Below, piece by piece: positions 1 through 9,672 of a stretch of DNA of 64,000 bases (positions are counted from its first letter, which is position 1; each line of letters opens with the position of its first letter). Below the pieces are notes generated by a model. The model worked only from the letters and a program-made list of their open reading frames with translations. It had not been told where the DNA came from and searched no databases. This DNA comes from a virus. The position numbers were made by a program, and so were the translations under genes. The stretch spans positions 1-64,000 of IMG/VR virus record IMGVR_UViG_3300042453_004886. One strand, written 5' to 3'.

Positions 1-129
1 CTTTATCAGCCTCCGCTACCCCGGAGTTTCCCTACGGTCAACTCCGTGGATGTTTAAAAAATAGTTAAACAATCCCGCCCGCGAGGGGAGAAAACCCCAC
101 CGCTAACCCGCCAAGAAACACCCCCACTG

Positions 130-172
130 AACACAGAGAGCCTCGCACATACGCGTACGCTCTCTGTGTTTT
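130..172 (+). terminator. Probable intrinsic terminator closing an upstream structured transcript
   Basis: AACACAGAGAG (130-140) and CTCTCTGTGTT (160-170) form an inverted repeat followed by T residues. Confidence 0.5.
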
Positions 173-186
173 GTGCTGTCTGGGCA

Positions 187-215
187 TTGAACAGCTCATT
201 CATCGAAGTTATAAT
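187..215 (+). promoter_or_regulatory. Sigma70-type promoter for the replication operon
   Basis: TTGAAC (187-192), 17-nt spacer, TATAAT (210-215); lies upstream of an SD-like AAAGGA and GTG at 249. Confidence 0.7.
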
Positions 216-248
216 AGATCAACCAACACTCTGAGAAAGGATCCAGCT

Positions 249-740
249 GTGTCCGAGGTTACACCAGAATCTCTCAGAACCATTCAAGCTAACATCAACA
301 AGTCAAGGCGCAGTCTTTCCAGGTGCATGGCTGATATTGAAAAGCTTGAAAAAGAAATTGATATTTACGAGAACACGGTTATCCTGAACTTTGTGTTTAA
401 AAGAAACAATCTTGAATTGAAGGGTAAGAATGAACCTACTCGACAAGCAGAGATAAAAGAGTATTTACTTGAAGATATTAATTACACCCTTAAACAAGAA
501 GAACTAGAAGAACTTAAATCTAAAAAAAGAGATCTAAACCTGGATGTTGAAAAATTAGAACTAGATCTAAGAATCAGCATGGCTTTGTTTGAAAACGAAA
601 GAAGCAAAGCAAACCGAGAAGTTCTTAATAGATTTATTGATAGCAAGCTAAATATATCTCCAGAGATATCTGCCATTACACAAGAGATTTCCCACAAGCC
701 TCTCAGTAAATTCTTCAGTGATGACTTGGACAGTATTTAA
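249..740 (+). CDS. Coiled-coil hypothetical protein (weak UvsY-like character)
   Basis: ORF track start at 171 lies upstream of the promoter, so GTG249 with RBS is preferred; heptad-rich sequence with a GKNEPTRQAEI segment. Confidence 0.6.
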   Translation: MSEVTPESLRTIQANINKSRRSLSRCMADIEKLEKEIDIYENTVILNFVFKRNNLELKGKNEPTRQAEIKEYLLEDINYTLKQEELEELKSKKRDLNLDVEKLELDLRISMALFENERSKANREVLNRFIDSKLNISPEISAITQEISHKPLSKFFSDDLDSI

Positions 741-753
741 TTAGGACAACACC

Positions 754-2619
754 ATGATTGAAAAATTTGATACTCCGGAACTCCTGGAAGACGCCGGGTT
801 TCAAGTCTTCCCTCAGGAGACTTTAAAAGACTCAGATCTTTTCTGGCACTACATGAGAAAAATAGATAAACTTACTCAAAAAAATGAGTTTATTGCAAAG
901 CGGCCTCCCAGAAAATATCAAGCCGAGTACGCGTCTATCATGGCTTGCAGAGCCCAGAACTTTCCCATCTGGGATATGGGTGTAGGAAAATCTTTTCTAG
1001 CCTGTTTGCTTATTCACCTCTGGTACGGAGACTCTCTTGAAGCAGGTTTGAAATTCAGGGGAGAAAAGCCGGAAGATTCCAAAAACTGGACCAAGACAGC
1101 TCCGCTGCGTCCAGGCGCCATTCAAATCGTGGCCCCTCGCCATACGCTCAGGCTGACCTGGCTAGACAAAGAATTGAAGCAATCCGGACTTGCTGAGTAT
1201 GCTGAAATAATCAGCTCTGAAGAAGACATCGTAAGCAGTCAGAAACCTATCTGGCTTTACTCCTATGATCTACTTTCCAGACAGACAAGAGCTGGAAAAG
1301 ATATGCTCAAGTACAACAAAACTGAAAAAGACGAAGCTCATAAAAAGGGTATGCGTAAACGGGGTCAAAGCTATTACTTTATGGGGAAACCCATAAGTAA
1401 ATTAATCGCCAAGGAATACGCTCCCAAGTTTCTTATTGCAGACGAAATCCACAGACTTCGTGCTGGAACGGACCGTACCCGCAGTTTCAAGCACATTTCA
1501 AAGAAGGCCCGTAGAAAGCTCGGGATGACCGGTACGCCCATGGATGGGTGGGTCGAGCATATCGCCACTGTTCTAGGTATTACTTACGGGCTACAGTCCA
1601 AAGCTTTTCCTTTCAGCGAGGAAAGCTTTACCAAGCGGTTTACCCGGGTCAAGATGGTCAACCAAGACTGGTCTACAGGGGCTGAAGACCACGTAGCCAA
1701 GGAACGGCAGGTACCTGGGGTTAATCCAGCTCAGCTTCCTGAATTCTATAAATCTACCCGTCATCTCATGCACCGGCTCATGATCCGAGATCCGGAGGTT
1801 AACGGTCAGGTGCAGTTTCCTCCCGTGACTCTGCACGAGTGCTCAATTCCCATGACACCGGATCACTATCGTTACTACAACAAGATACGCAAAGAGCAGC
1901 AGCACGCTATTCAAGAAACCATTGAACAAATGGAACGCGGGGAGATCTCTGCATTCAAAGGCAAGAAAACTGTTCTTGGACAAATTCAAAATCTTCGGAT
2001 GGCCAGCAATATGCCATGGGCAGTTCACTTCACAGATTCTTTGAATCAGAGCACCAGTAAAATAAATAAAATTGTGGAGATTTGTTTGGATGCCAAGAAG
2101 CAAGACCGCAAAGTCATTGTCTTCACATCCTTTATCAAGACCGGCGGAAGAATCGTAAAAGAACTTCAAAAAGCAGGTCTTGGCGTGGTCCGTGTATATG
2201 CGGATGACGAAACAGCAAATCCCAGAAAGATGACCCCTTCCATGCGAGACGAGCAGATTGAGCTCTTTCAAGAAGACCCCGAGATTACCGTCTTGGTGGC
2301 TAACTTGGCTCTGATCAGCGAAGGCTTGACCCTCACGGAAGCCTCCGTCATCATCAATCACGACCACCCTTGGCGCTCTGTCTTGAGGTCTCAGGGAATC
2401 TCCCGAGTCGTCCGTCCTGGCGGCAGAATGGAAGGCGTGGATGTTTACGAGCTTGTTCACGAGCACACGGTTGATGCCTATATCTGGGATATGGTGAAAG
2501 CCAAAGACGCAGCAAACAAAGCTCTGATTGATCGGGATGTTACAGGGCTTGTACCTGAATCTGATCTGGATGAGATGTATGTTGCTCAAAAACTTATTGA
2601 GGATCTTACCCATGTTTGA
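754..2619 (+). CDS. SNF2-like SF2 helicase
   Basis: Motif I MGVGKS, motif II IADEIH, motif III MTGTP, C-terminal helicase motifs SEGLTLTEA, DHPW and SRVVRPG. Confidence 0.9.
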   Translation: MIEKFDTPELLEDAGFQVFPQETLKDSDLFWHYMRKIDKLTQKNEFIAKRPPRKYQAEYASIMACRAQNFPIWDMGVGKSFLACLLIHLWYGDSLEAGLKFRGEKPEDSKNWTKTAPLRPGAIQIVAPRHTLRLTWLDKELKQSGLAEYAEIISSEEDIVSSQKPIWLYSYDLLSRQTRAGKDMLKYNKTEKDEAHKKGMRKRGQSYYFMGKPISKLIAKEYAPKFLIADEIHRLRAGTDRTRSFKHISKKARRKLGMTGTPMDGWVEHIATVLGITYGLQSKAFPFSEESFTKRFTRVKMVNQDWSTGAEDHVAKERQVPGVNPAQLPEFYKSTRHLMHRLMIRDPEVNGQVQFPPVTLHECSIPMTPDHYRYYNKIRKEQQHAIQETIEQMERGEISAFKGKKTVLGQIQNLRMASNMPWAVHFTDSLNQSTSKINKIVEICLDAKKQDRKVIVFTSFIKTGGRIVKELQKAGLGVVRVYADDETANPRKMTPSMRDEQIELFQEDPEITVLVANLALISEGLTLTEASVIINHDHPWRSVLRSQGISRVVRPGGRMEGVDVYELVHEHTVDAYIWDMVKAKDAANKALIDRDVTGLVPESDLDEMYVAQKLIEDLTHV

Positions 2620-3860
2620 GCAAAGGAATTGCCATGGAGGTTACTTCCAAAGTTGTATCACTTGCAAATGATTATCGACCAAAAACTTTTGATGAAGTTC
2701 TGGGTCAAGAATCAATTGTAAGATTTTTCAAAAACAGCCTTTCTAAAAATAACCTCAGATCGGTATACATGTTGCCCGGGCTTCACGGCTCGGGCAAGAC
2801 ATCTGTAGCTAAAATCCTTTCAAGGTGGATCAATTGCGATAACCGTCAAGGATACAACCCATGTAACGAGTGTCGGTATTGCACAGCTTCCTTGAGAGGA
2901 CAGTCTCTCGTTTCTATCGAAGTAGATGGTACGAGTCAGAACAAGGCTGAGTTTGTCGAGAACGAGCTCATGGCTTTTCTGCAAGCTGTTCCGCCTTCTG
3001 GCAAATATCATGTCGCTATCATTGACGAGTTTCACCGTATCCGAGATCCGGCTCGCTCCATGTTCTTGCCCTTTCTGGAGTTCATGGATGTCGAGCGTCC
3101 CAAAAGCATTGTCATTCTTTGCACCACCGAGGTTCAAAGTATTGATAAAGCTCTATGCTCTCGGATGGTTATTCCAGGCACCTTTCAGGGTCTCAATCCT
3201 TCTCAGGTGGCCGATCGATACGCAAACAAGCTGGGTATCTCTCATGAGACCTGCTCCTTGATTCTCAAGGTGTCAAATGGCTCAATGCGTCAGTTCTGGA
3301 ATACTTACGATGCGCTCAAAGAAAGCTCTGAGTCTGGAAGCATTACTCCAGATGAAATACTTTCTTGGGCAGGGGGCGTCAGTGACACCGAAAGGTATCG
3401 CCTCTGGGATTCTATTGCGAAGAAGAACAGAAAACTACTTAAAGAAATCTGGAACGGTTGGATGAACTCCAACAAAAACGGATTGGATTTTGTAGTCACG
3501 CAGCTTCTTGAAGACCTGGATGACATGGTTGCTACCGACCCAGAGAACGACCTGTACGTGCAGGCTCATGTCAAGCTGGCTCAAGCTTTGAGCTATGCCA
3601 CACATCCCATGGCCAGGGTACAGCAACTCATCTTGGGTGCGTTGTATACCATGACACTTCCAGGTAAGATTGAAATCAAACGCAACCTGCCACCTGAACC
3701 GGAACCGCGAGAACTTGTCATTCAAGTTCAAGCTTCTGAAAAAGAAAAAGCTGGATCTCGGTTTGATTTTGATGACGATGAAGAAGACGTCATTATTCCT
3801 GTAAGCCCACCAGCACCACCCGCACCAAGAGTTTCTAAATTTGATTTTGAGGATGACTGA
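2616..3860 (+). CDS. dnaX: DNA polymerase III gamma/tau-like clamp-loader ATPase
   Basis: YRPKTFDEVLGQ, Walker A GLHGSGKT, Zn module C..PCNECRYC, Walker B IIDEFH, arginine-finger SR; start may be ATG 2634. Confidence 0.9.
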   Translation: MSKGIAMEVTSKVVSLANDYRPKTFDEVLGQESIVRFFKNSLSKNNLRSVYMLPGLHGSGKTSVAKILSRWINCDNRQGYNPCNECRYCTASLRGQSLVSIEVDGTSQNKAEFVENELMAFLQAVPPSGKYHVAIIDEFHRIRDPARSMFLPFLEFMDVERPKSIVILCTTEVQSIDKALCSRMVIPGTFQGLNPSQVADRYANKLGISHETCSLILKVSNGSMRQFWNTYDALKESSESGSITPDEILSWAGGVSDTERYRLWDSIAKKNRKLLKEIWNGWMNSNKNGLDFVVTQLLEDLDDMVATDPENDLYVQAHVKLAQALSYATHPMARVQQLILGALYTMTLPGKIEIKRNLPPEPEPRELVIQVQASEKEKAGSRFDFDDDEEDVIIPVSPPAPPAPRVSKFDFEDD

Positions 3861-4663
3861 TGAATATCTATCAAACTCAAATCGGAGTAGCGAGACTTTC
3901 TGGTTTATTTCCCGAGGGGCACAAAGTCATTTCCCAAGCAGGGGATGACGATGTGTTTAAATTCTGGAAACAACGCGGATTTAGCTCACCCAAGGTAGTT
4001 TTTGTTGATCCAAAATCTAAACCAACGGGTGAGCTAAAATCTCTCAAACCTAATCCAAACGTCACTCTGATCTTTACAACAACACCAAATAAAGATTGGG
4101 TAGACTGGATCAAGAAAAATCAACTTGAGCTCAAAGTAAAAAAAGAGCTGACAAAAGATAAAATTGTAGGGGTATTGATGTCAGATAAAAAACCTCTCGG
4201 GGATTTCTATCTGACACAATCCGCCGCTGAATTTGTAGCAGATGTCTTCTACGAAGAATCTATAATGGGACTCTTCTCTATAGCTTTTACGTTAAGCAAC
4301 TGCAGGCCAGAAAATAAAGTACTTCTAGACTTAGAAGATGTCATTGAAATATGGCCCGACGAAAACCTTAAACTGGCCAATAAGATCAGTAATGTTCTGG
4401 GTACAAAAGAAGCGGTTACCATGTACATGGCAATCAACAAGGAGACTGCTGACATCTTTGGTCTATGGAGATACCTTGATATTGTATGCCAGTTCAAGCA
4501 TGTCGCTTGGCTTCATCTTAGCCACGCTTACCGTTCTGCGGCAGATAAAAAATATTTGCCTTACAGAACAGCTCTCATGCTATTTATTATTCATTGCACC
4601 AAGCAAAGAAAGGGAGTAAACACTAACAAGATGCTACGTGATTTTTGTAACATTCCTGGTTAA
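3860..4663 (+). CDS. Putative Pol III delta (HolA)-like clamp-loader subunit
   Basis: Coupled to dnaX; segments FSSPKVVFV, LTQSAAEFV and LEDVIEIW match the delta pattern; no Walker A. Confidence 0.45.
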   Translation: MNIYQTQIGVARLSGLFPEGHKVISQAGDDDVFKFWKQRGFSSPKVVFVDPKSKPTGELKSLKPNPNVTLIFTTTPNKDWVDWIKKNQLELKVKKELTKDKIVGVLMSDKKPLGDFYLTQSAAEFVADVFYEESIMGLFSIAFTLSNCRPENKVLLDLEDVIEIWPDENLKLANKISNVLGTKEAVTMYMAINKETADIFGLWRYLDIVCQFKHVAWLHLSHAYRSAADKKYLPYRTALMLFIIHCTKQRKGVNTNKMLRDFCNIPG

Positions 4664-4678
4664 GTCTAAGGATGTTTT

Positions 4679-5071
4679 ATGTCAATACAAATTTTGGAGG
4701 AAGAGGGTTTTACAAAATTTATTGTATTTACCCCCGAAGAACACCCTTCTCAAGGACCCTTGCCTGAGTTAAAATATAAGCTCATCGGACTTTGGAAACT
4801 GAATAAATCCATCGTCAGAGCTTTCTTCGAAGCAGAAGAGATACCAATTGAAAACAACGAATCAGCGTTCTATCGCTGGGAACCGGTTATCAGTCCTGCC
4901 CGTTCCAAGCACCACTACTTTTATGTGCCGGGAGCTGCAGGTTTGAGCCTTAAACAAAATCACCTACAAAAATTGGTGCGTAGTGGGGATGAGGCACCAA
5001 CTTATCTTGAGGACATCTGTGGCAATTTCAGCCCTTTGTCTTTGCAAGATTTGATTGAATCCCAATCTTAA
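4679..5071 (+). CDS. Hypothetical protein
   Basis: 130-aa ORF tightly packed in the operon. Confidence 0.7.
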   Translation: MSIQILEEEGFTKFIVFTPEEHPSQGPLPELKYKLIGLWKLNKSIVRAFFEAEEIPIENNESAFYRWEPVISPARSKHHYFYVPGAAGLSLKQNHLQKLVRSGDEAPTYLEDICGNFSPLSLQDLIESQS

Positions 5072-5086
5072 TGGAGGTTGAAATTA

Positions 5087-5998
5087 ATGGATATCGATCT
5101 TGATTTTCTGATGGCCCAGGCCGAACAAGTTAATGAGCGCAGCAAAGAGCGCTACAACCGCAAAGAAGTCAGTAATTACATTCCCGCTCCTGCTTACGAT
5201 ATCCAAATTCCTAAGTGGGGTGCATCCAAGAAGTTCAAGTATTCGCTCTCTACGGGAGAGAAGATCGAAGGCACCCGCCTTCTGGTGGTGATCTTGGGAG
5301 CCAAAAGCGGTTTCATTCGCTGGGGCAACCGTGAGCACGACCGTAAGAAGGGCCCTGTTTGCCAGAGCCGTGGATACCACAACCCCGTGACCGGTGAGCG
5401 AGTCAATGAACGCAACTGGGAGCTGGGCCGTGCTTCAGTGGGGGACACCATCCGCGACTTCAAGCCTTTCGGTAGTCGAAAGGATGAAGAAACCGGTGAG
5501 TTCCTTTCTTGTGAGACTTGCATTGCTCAGGGTCTCAACAAGTCTGATATTCCTAACAGCTTCAACGGTGTCGATCGTTGTGACATGGATAATTACCTCG
5601 AGGTGGCTATCTTCAAGCACATGGTCGAAACTGACGAAGGCGTTCTTTTCAAGACCGTTACAAACGATGAGCCTTACCTCGCAAAGCTTCCAATGACGGG
5701 TAAAGCTCATGCAGCCTTCCTGGATTACGTATTTGGTCTTGCTCGTAACAAAAAGCTGACTTACAGCAGCATTGTGACCGAGATCAAGATCGAAGAGACC
5801 CGTAACAAGGCCGGCTCTCTTGTCGGTACACTTGACTTCTTTGACAAGAATCCCGATTCCAAAGGCTTCATCACCGCAGTCAACGAAGCCAAGCTTCTGT
5901 ATGCAAACCGACTTGAAAAGTCCAAAGCTGAGTACGAAGCGAAGCGTAGTCAGAAGAACCCGGTTTCCAAGTCTTCTGCAAACATCAACCCGTTTTGA
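5087..5998 (+). CDS. Putative ssDNA-binding/annealing protein with Zn ligands
   Basis: GGAGG RBS before ATG5087; VVILG...RW, PVCQS, CETC and DRCD; ends in NPF; C-rich codon usage; sits in replication operon. Confidence 0.55.
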   Translation: MDIDLDFLMAQAEQVNERSKERYNRKEVSNYIPAPAYDIQIPKWGASKKFKYSLSTGEKIEGTRLLVVILGAKSGFIRWGNREHDRKKGPVCQSRGYHNPVTGERVNERNWELGRASVGDTIRDFKPFGSRKDEETGEFLSCETCIAQGLNKSDIPNSFNGVDRCDMDNYLEVAIFKHMVETDEGVLFKTVTNDEPYLAKLPMTGKAHAAFLDYVFGLARNKKLTYSSIVTEIKIEETRNKAGSLVGTLDFFDKNPDSKGFITAVNEAKLLYANRLEKSKAEYEAKRSQKNPVSKSSANINPF

Positions 5999-6007
5999 TG
6001 TAAGTGC

Positions 6008-6033
6008 CCGGGGTGGAGTAACATCCACCCCGG
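6008..6033 (+). terminator. GC-rich hairpin (terminator or processing site)
   Basis: CCGGGGTGGA-gtaaca-TCCACCCCGG followed by ttacctttt. Confidence 0.7.
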
Positions 6034-6056
6034 TTACCTTTTGAAAAGGATTTGGA

Positions 6057-7544
6057 ATGTCAAACGTTATTATTTACGACGCTACCAAAGCCAAGTATCA
6101 ATCCCCTCCAAGCCCTGAAGAAGTAAAAGAACTTTATAACGTTCTTTCATTTCAAGTTGTAGGAGCTGAGTTTTCTCCACAAGCCCAGAAGTTCGTGTTT
6201 GACCCCCGCAAGGGAGGTATGGTTTACAACAAACGCTACAACGGATGGGACGGCATCAAGCGCCTGTACAACAAGAAAACCCATACTTTTCCAATCGGCC
6301 TTATTCACCGAGCTCTGGATGTCACACCAGATGTCAAGCTAGTTCCGTTGCTGGCTCCAATCGATAGAAAGCCTTTAGACTCTTTTATCGATAGCCTGAA
6401 ATACAAACCTTACCGACATCAGGTTAAAGCGTTTGAAAAACTGATAGAACGCGGTCACGGCATGGTCGAGCTTCCTACTGCAAGCGGTAAAAGCTTGATT
6501 ATTTCAATGCTTGCCATGGCCATGAAACACGGTATTGGTCTGATTACAGTTCCAAGTAAATATCTTTTGCATCAAACTAAAAAAGATATTGAAAGTCTGA
6601 CCAATAACCAGATTGAACTAGGTATCTACGGGGATGGAATTTGTGAACTCAAACCCATCACGATTGCTACCGTTCAAAGCGTTTACTCCGGTATCCAGAG
6701 TAAAAGTGAGATTCTGGCCTGGCTTCGAGAAGTGCAGTGGTGGGTTTCAGATGAAACTCACGGAGCTGCAGCAGACAGCTGGCAAGATATCAGCAAAGAG
6801 ATGGTCAACGCAGCGGTTCGCTACGGATTGACGGCTACCTTGAAACGGGAAGACAATGCCGAACTCTTGATTGAAGGCGTTATCGGTCCCCTTGTTTACC
6901 GAGAATCTCCACTTGACCTGATTCAAGAAGGAGTACTGGCTACCCCTGAAGTAGAAATTCACTGGTTTGACGCAGGAAATATTGTTTATAACTCTGAAAA
7001 GCCAAAATATAATACAGTGTACAAAGCCTGTGTCACCCAGAACAAAGAAAGAAACAAAAAGATTCTTGAGCAGTGCCACCGAGCTATTCATGAAAACATG
7101 ACACCTGCTCTTGTGATCGTTGATGAAGTCGAGCACGGCAAGATTCTGTCTGAGTTACTTAACAAAAACGGTATCTTGACCGAAAATCTGGACGGTAGTG
7201 ATTCCAGCAACGAAAGAAGCGAAGCCGTATCCAAGTTGCTTGGCGGAGAGTACAAGATTCTGGTAGCATCTGGAATCTTCAATACCGGAATCAACATCCC
7301 TCCAATCCGTACAGTAATCAATGCTGCTGCGGGTAAGTCTGAAGTTGAAGCGATTCAACGCGCTGGGCGAGTTCTCAGAACCTCTCACAGCACAGGTAAA
7401 TTGAAGGGAAGGTTAATCGATTTCTACGATGACGAACCCAAATACCTGAGAAAGCATGCCAAACAGCGTAGGTTGATCTATATGACAACCTACAGGGGTT
7501 ACGTGTTTGATTACACCCAGGATGGGGAGCTAGATACTTTATGA
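6057..7544 (+). CDS. UvsW/XPB-like SF2 DExH helicase
   Basis: PYRHQ Q-motif, PTASGKS, DETH, GLTAT, TGINIP and QRAGRVLR. Confidence 0.9.
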   Translation: MSNVIIYDATKAKYQSPPSPEEVKELYNVLSFQVVGAEFSPQAQKFVFDPRKGGMVYNKRYNGWDGIKRLYNKKTHTFPIGLIHRALDVTPDVKLVPLLAPIDRKPLDSFIDSLKYKPYRHQVKAFEKLIERGHGMVELPTASGKSLIISMLAMAMKHGIGLITVPSKYLLHQTKKDIESLTNNQIELGIYGDGICELKPITIATVQSVYSGIQSKSEILAWLREVQWWVSDETHGAAADSWQDISKEMVNAAVRYGLTATLKREDNAELLIEGVIGPLVYRESPLDLIQEGVLATPEVEIHWFDAGNIVYNSEKPKYNTVYKACVTQNKERNKKILEQCHRAIHENMTPALVIVDEVEHGKILSELLNKNGILTENLDGSDSSNERSEAVSKLLGGEYKILVASGIFNTGINIPPIRTVINAAAGKSEVEAIQRAGRVLRTSHSTGKLKGRLIDFYDDEPKYLRKHAKQRRLIYMTTYRGYVFDYTQDGELDTL

Positions 7545-7556
7545 GCGAGTAGAGGT

Positions 7557-8843
7557 ATGGACCAACAAGAATTACTTGGCTTTATAAAAGCAAAGAAGAA
7601 GATTGGCGACTTGGCAAACACAAGTCGCCAACGTATTCGATGCCCCTTTTGCAATTCCAAAGATCCCGATCTTCAGCTGTATCACGATTCAAACAAGTTT
7701 CGCTGCTGGAACGGAAGCTGTGAAAAGCGTGGCTCAGTCATTGACTGGGTCATGCTTGAGCAGAACTGTAGCGTCAGCGAAGCTATCAAATACTTGGCTG
7801 CTTCTCTGGGAATTGACATCAGCACTCGAGATGAGCGATCTGATGTAATTCAAAGAGCAAGTAGAACTTTTCAAAAAGCCCTGTTCAAAAACCAAGAAGT
7901 TTTGGACTACTGGCAAAGTCGAGGTATCACTGAAGATACGCTGTACGAAAACAATATCGGCTACTGTTCGATGGAGGTGCTTCAAGAAATCATTCACTCA
8001 GGTGATTCAGAAAAACGAATCAGTTACAAAACCCTTGAGGATTCTGAACTGATCAACAAGTACGGTCGCGCTGCTTTCTGGAATCATACCGTATTTCCCT
8101 ACTGTCACTGGAAATCGGGAAAAGCTGTCCAGCTACAAGGCAGAATTGTAGGCACTCCAAAGGAAAATGAAAGCCGTTGGAAGTGCTTGGCGACACGTTC
8201 AAAACTGGGTTACCGAAACCTGAATGCCATGCTCTGGGGCGAGGAGAAGCTCTCCAAGTACTGGAAGTATGCCGGCAAAGACGGAAAAACCTATTCGTTT
8301 ATGCTGGAGGGAATTCCGGATGCCCTCACTCTCAGGCAATTTGGTGTTCACGCCATGAGCTTTGTGGGCAATCAAAATCTCAAACAGCACGTCTGGAAGA
8401 TTTCCAAGCTCGACAAAGTCTATCTCGTGATGGACAACGAAAAGTCGAGTCAAGACCATCTTCCTTGGGAACTTTACGACTTGCTGCTAGAGACTCCAAA
8501 TACTCAAATTATCAATGTCACTCTGCCAAACCTTCCCGGACTTAACGAGAAGGGAAATCCTATCAAGCAGGATGTCAACGATTTCTTTAAAAACGGAGGT
8601 ACTCTGCATGATCTTAAAAGTATTGTAGACCGCTCTCCTACTGCCACCGAATATCTTATCGATTGCTGGGGCAAAGACGAAGATAAATACCAGATGCTTT
8701 TGGGTATGATCCACGAGCGTCCCGAATTGGAGAGGAATGTCTTGCTTGAAAGGCTTTCCTCGATCGGATTGTTTTCCATGGACCAGCTTGAAGCTTTTAC
8801 CAAGCTCATGAAGCTAGACCGAAGCAGAGGTAAATCCAGTTAA
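7557..8843 (+). CDS. dnaG: DNA primase (Zn finger + TOPRIM)
   Basis: CPFC...FRCWNGSCEKRGSVID zinc finger; EGIPDAL, MDNE and KQDVNDF TOPRIM motifs. Confidence 0.9.
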   Translation: MDQQELLGFIKAKKKIGDLANTSRQRIRCPFCNSKDPDLQLYHDSNKFRCWNGSCEKRGSVIDWVMLEQNCSVSEAIKYLAASLGIDISTRDERSDVIQRASRTFQKALFKNQEVLDYWQSRGITEDTLYENNIGYCSMEVLQEIIHSGDSEKRISYKTLEDSELINKYGRAAFWNHTVFPYCHWKSGKAVQLQGRIVGTPKENESRWKCLATRSKLGYRNLNAMLWGEEKLSKYWKYAGKDGKTYSFMLEGIPDALTLRQFGVHAMSFVGNQNLKQHVWKISKLDKVYLVMDNEKSSQDHLPWELYDLLLETPNTQIINVTLPNLPGLNEKGNPIKQDVNDFFKNGGTLHDLKSIVDRSPTATEYLIDCWGKDEDKYQMLLGMIHERPELERNVLLERLSSIGLFSMDQLEAFTKLMKLDRSRGKSS

Positions 8844-8865
8844 CCCACCAGGAAAGGAGGGCGCT

Positions 8866-9672
8866 ATGGATAGTGATTTGATTCTGGTGGGAATTGACGA
8901 GACAGGGTATGGGGCCATTGCTGGCCCCATTACCGTCTGTGTTTGTGTTGTCAAACCAGAATTCAGACAACAGCTAGAAGATATGAATTTCCAGGATTCC
9001 AAGGCTTGCTCTCCTGAAGAGCGCTACAGGATTGCTACTTGGATTGTTGAAAACAAAGCTTGTGATTGGGTCATCATGAACGAGCCTGTTTCTGTTATTG
9101 AAAAGATCGGTCCCTGGGACTCGGTATGTAAAGCAGCTCGTACTGCTTTGGTTATTCTCAGTAATCAACTCGGGTTTTCTGGAGAGCTTGAAAGGTTTGA
9201 CATCATGCTTGACGGAAGATTTCCCCTGAAAGGTATCCCGGAACATATCAGCAACCGCTCTAAAATTGCAGCGGATGAAACAATTCTCGAAGTCAAGATT
9301 GCCAGTATTCTGGCAAAAGTTCATCGAGATTTTTATATGGACCAGATGGCACAACTTTATCCTGTTTACGAATGGGATAAAAATAAAGGTTACGGAATTG
9401 GTAAGCACCTTGAAGCTCTTTACTATTCTGGGCCCATGCCAGAACATCGTCTCAAGCGAGGTGTCTGGAAGGCTGTCAAGAACTACTGGGAAAAGAATTT
9501 AAGGGAAATGGAGCCCATGCCAAAATGGCTTGCAGAGTTAAATCCAAAGTATGCAGCTACTCAAGAGGTTTACAGAAGGGAATTACTGCGTGACAAGCGG
9601 GAACGTTTTGAAAAATCTAAATCCGCAGCAACTGGAAGCAGCAACGTCCTCAGCCCGGGTAACGAAGGTTGA
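8866..9672 (+). CDS. rnhB: Ribonuclease HII
   Basis: GIDETGYGAIAGP, DSK, LDG, ASILAKVHRD and NKGYG...H; strong RBS AGGAGG. Confidence 0.93.
   Translation: MDSDLILVGIDETGYGAIAGPITVCVCVVKPEFRQQLEDMNFQDSKACSPEERYRIATWIVENKACDWVIMNEPVSVIEKIGPWDSVCKAARTALVILSNQLGFSGELERFDIMLDGRFPLKGIPEHISNRSKIAADETILEVKIASILAKVHRDFYMDQMAQLYPVYEWDKNKGYGIGKHLEALYYSGPMPEHRLKRGVWKAVKNYWEKNLREMEPMPKWLAELNPKYAATQEVYRRELLRDKRERFEKSKSAATGSSNVLSPGNEG

Noticed and set aside
171-248. ORF-track start of the first CDS at 171
   Set aside because: It lies in a terminator hairpin upstream of a consensus promoter; GTG249 has an RBS
9551-9589. ORF-track start of uvrD at 9551
   Set aside because: Deep inside rnhB with no RBS; GTG9590 is better supported
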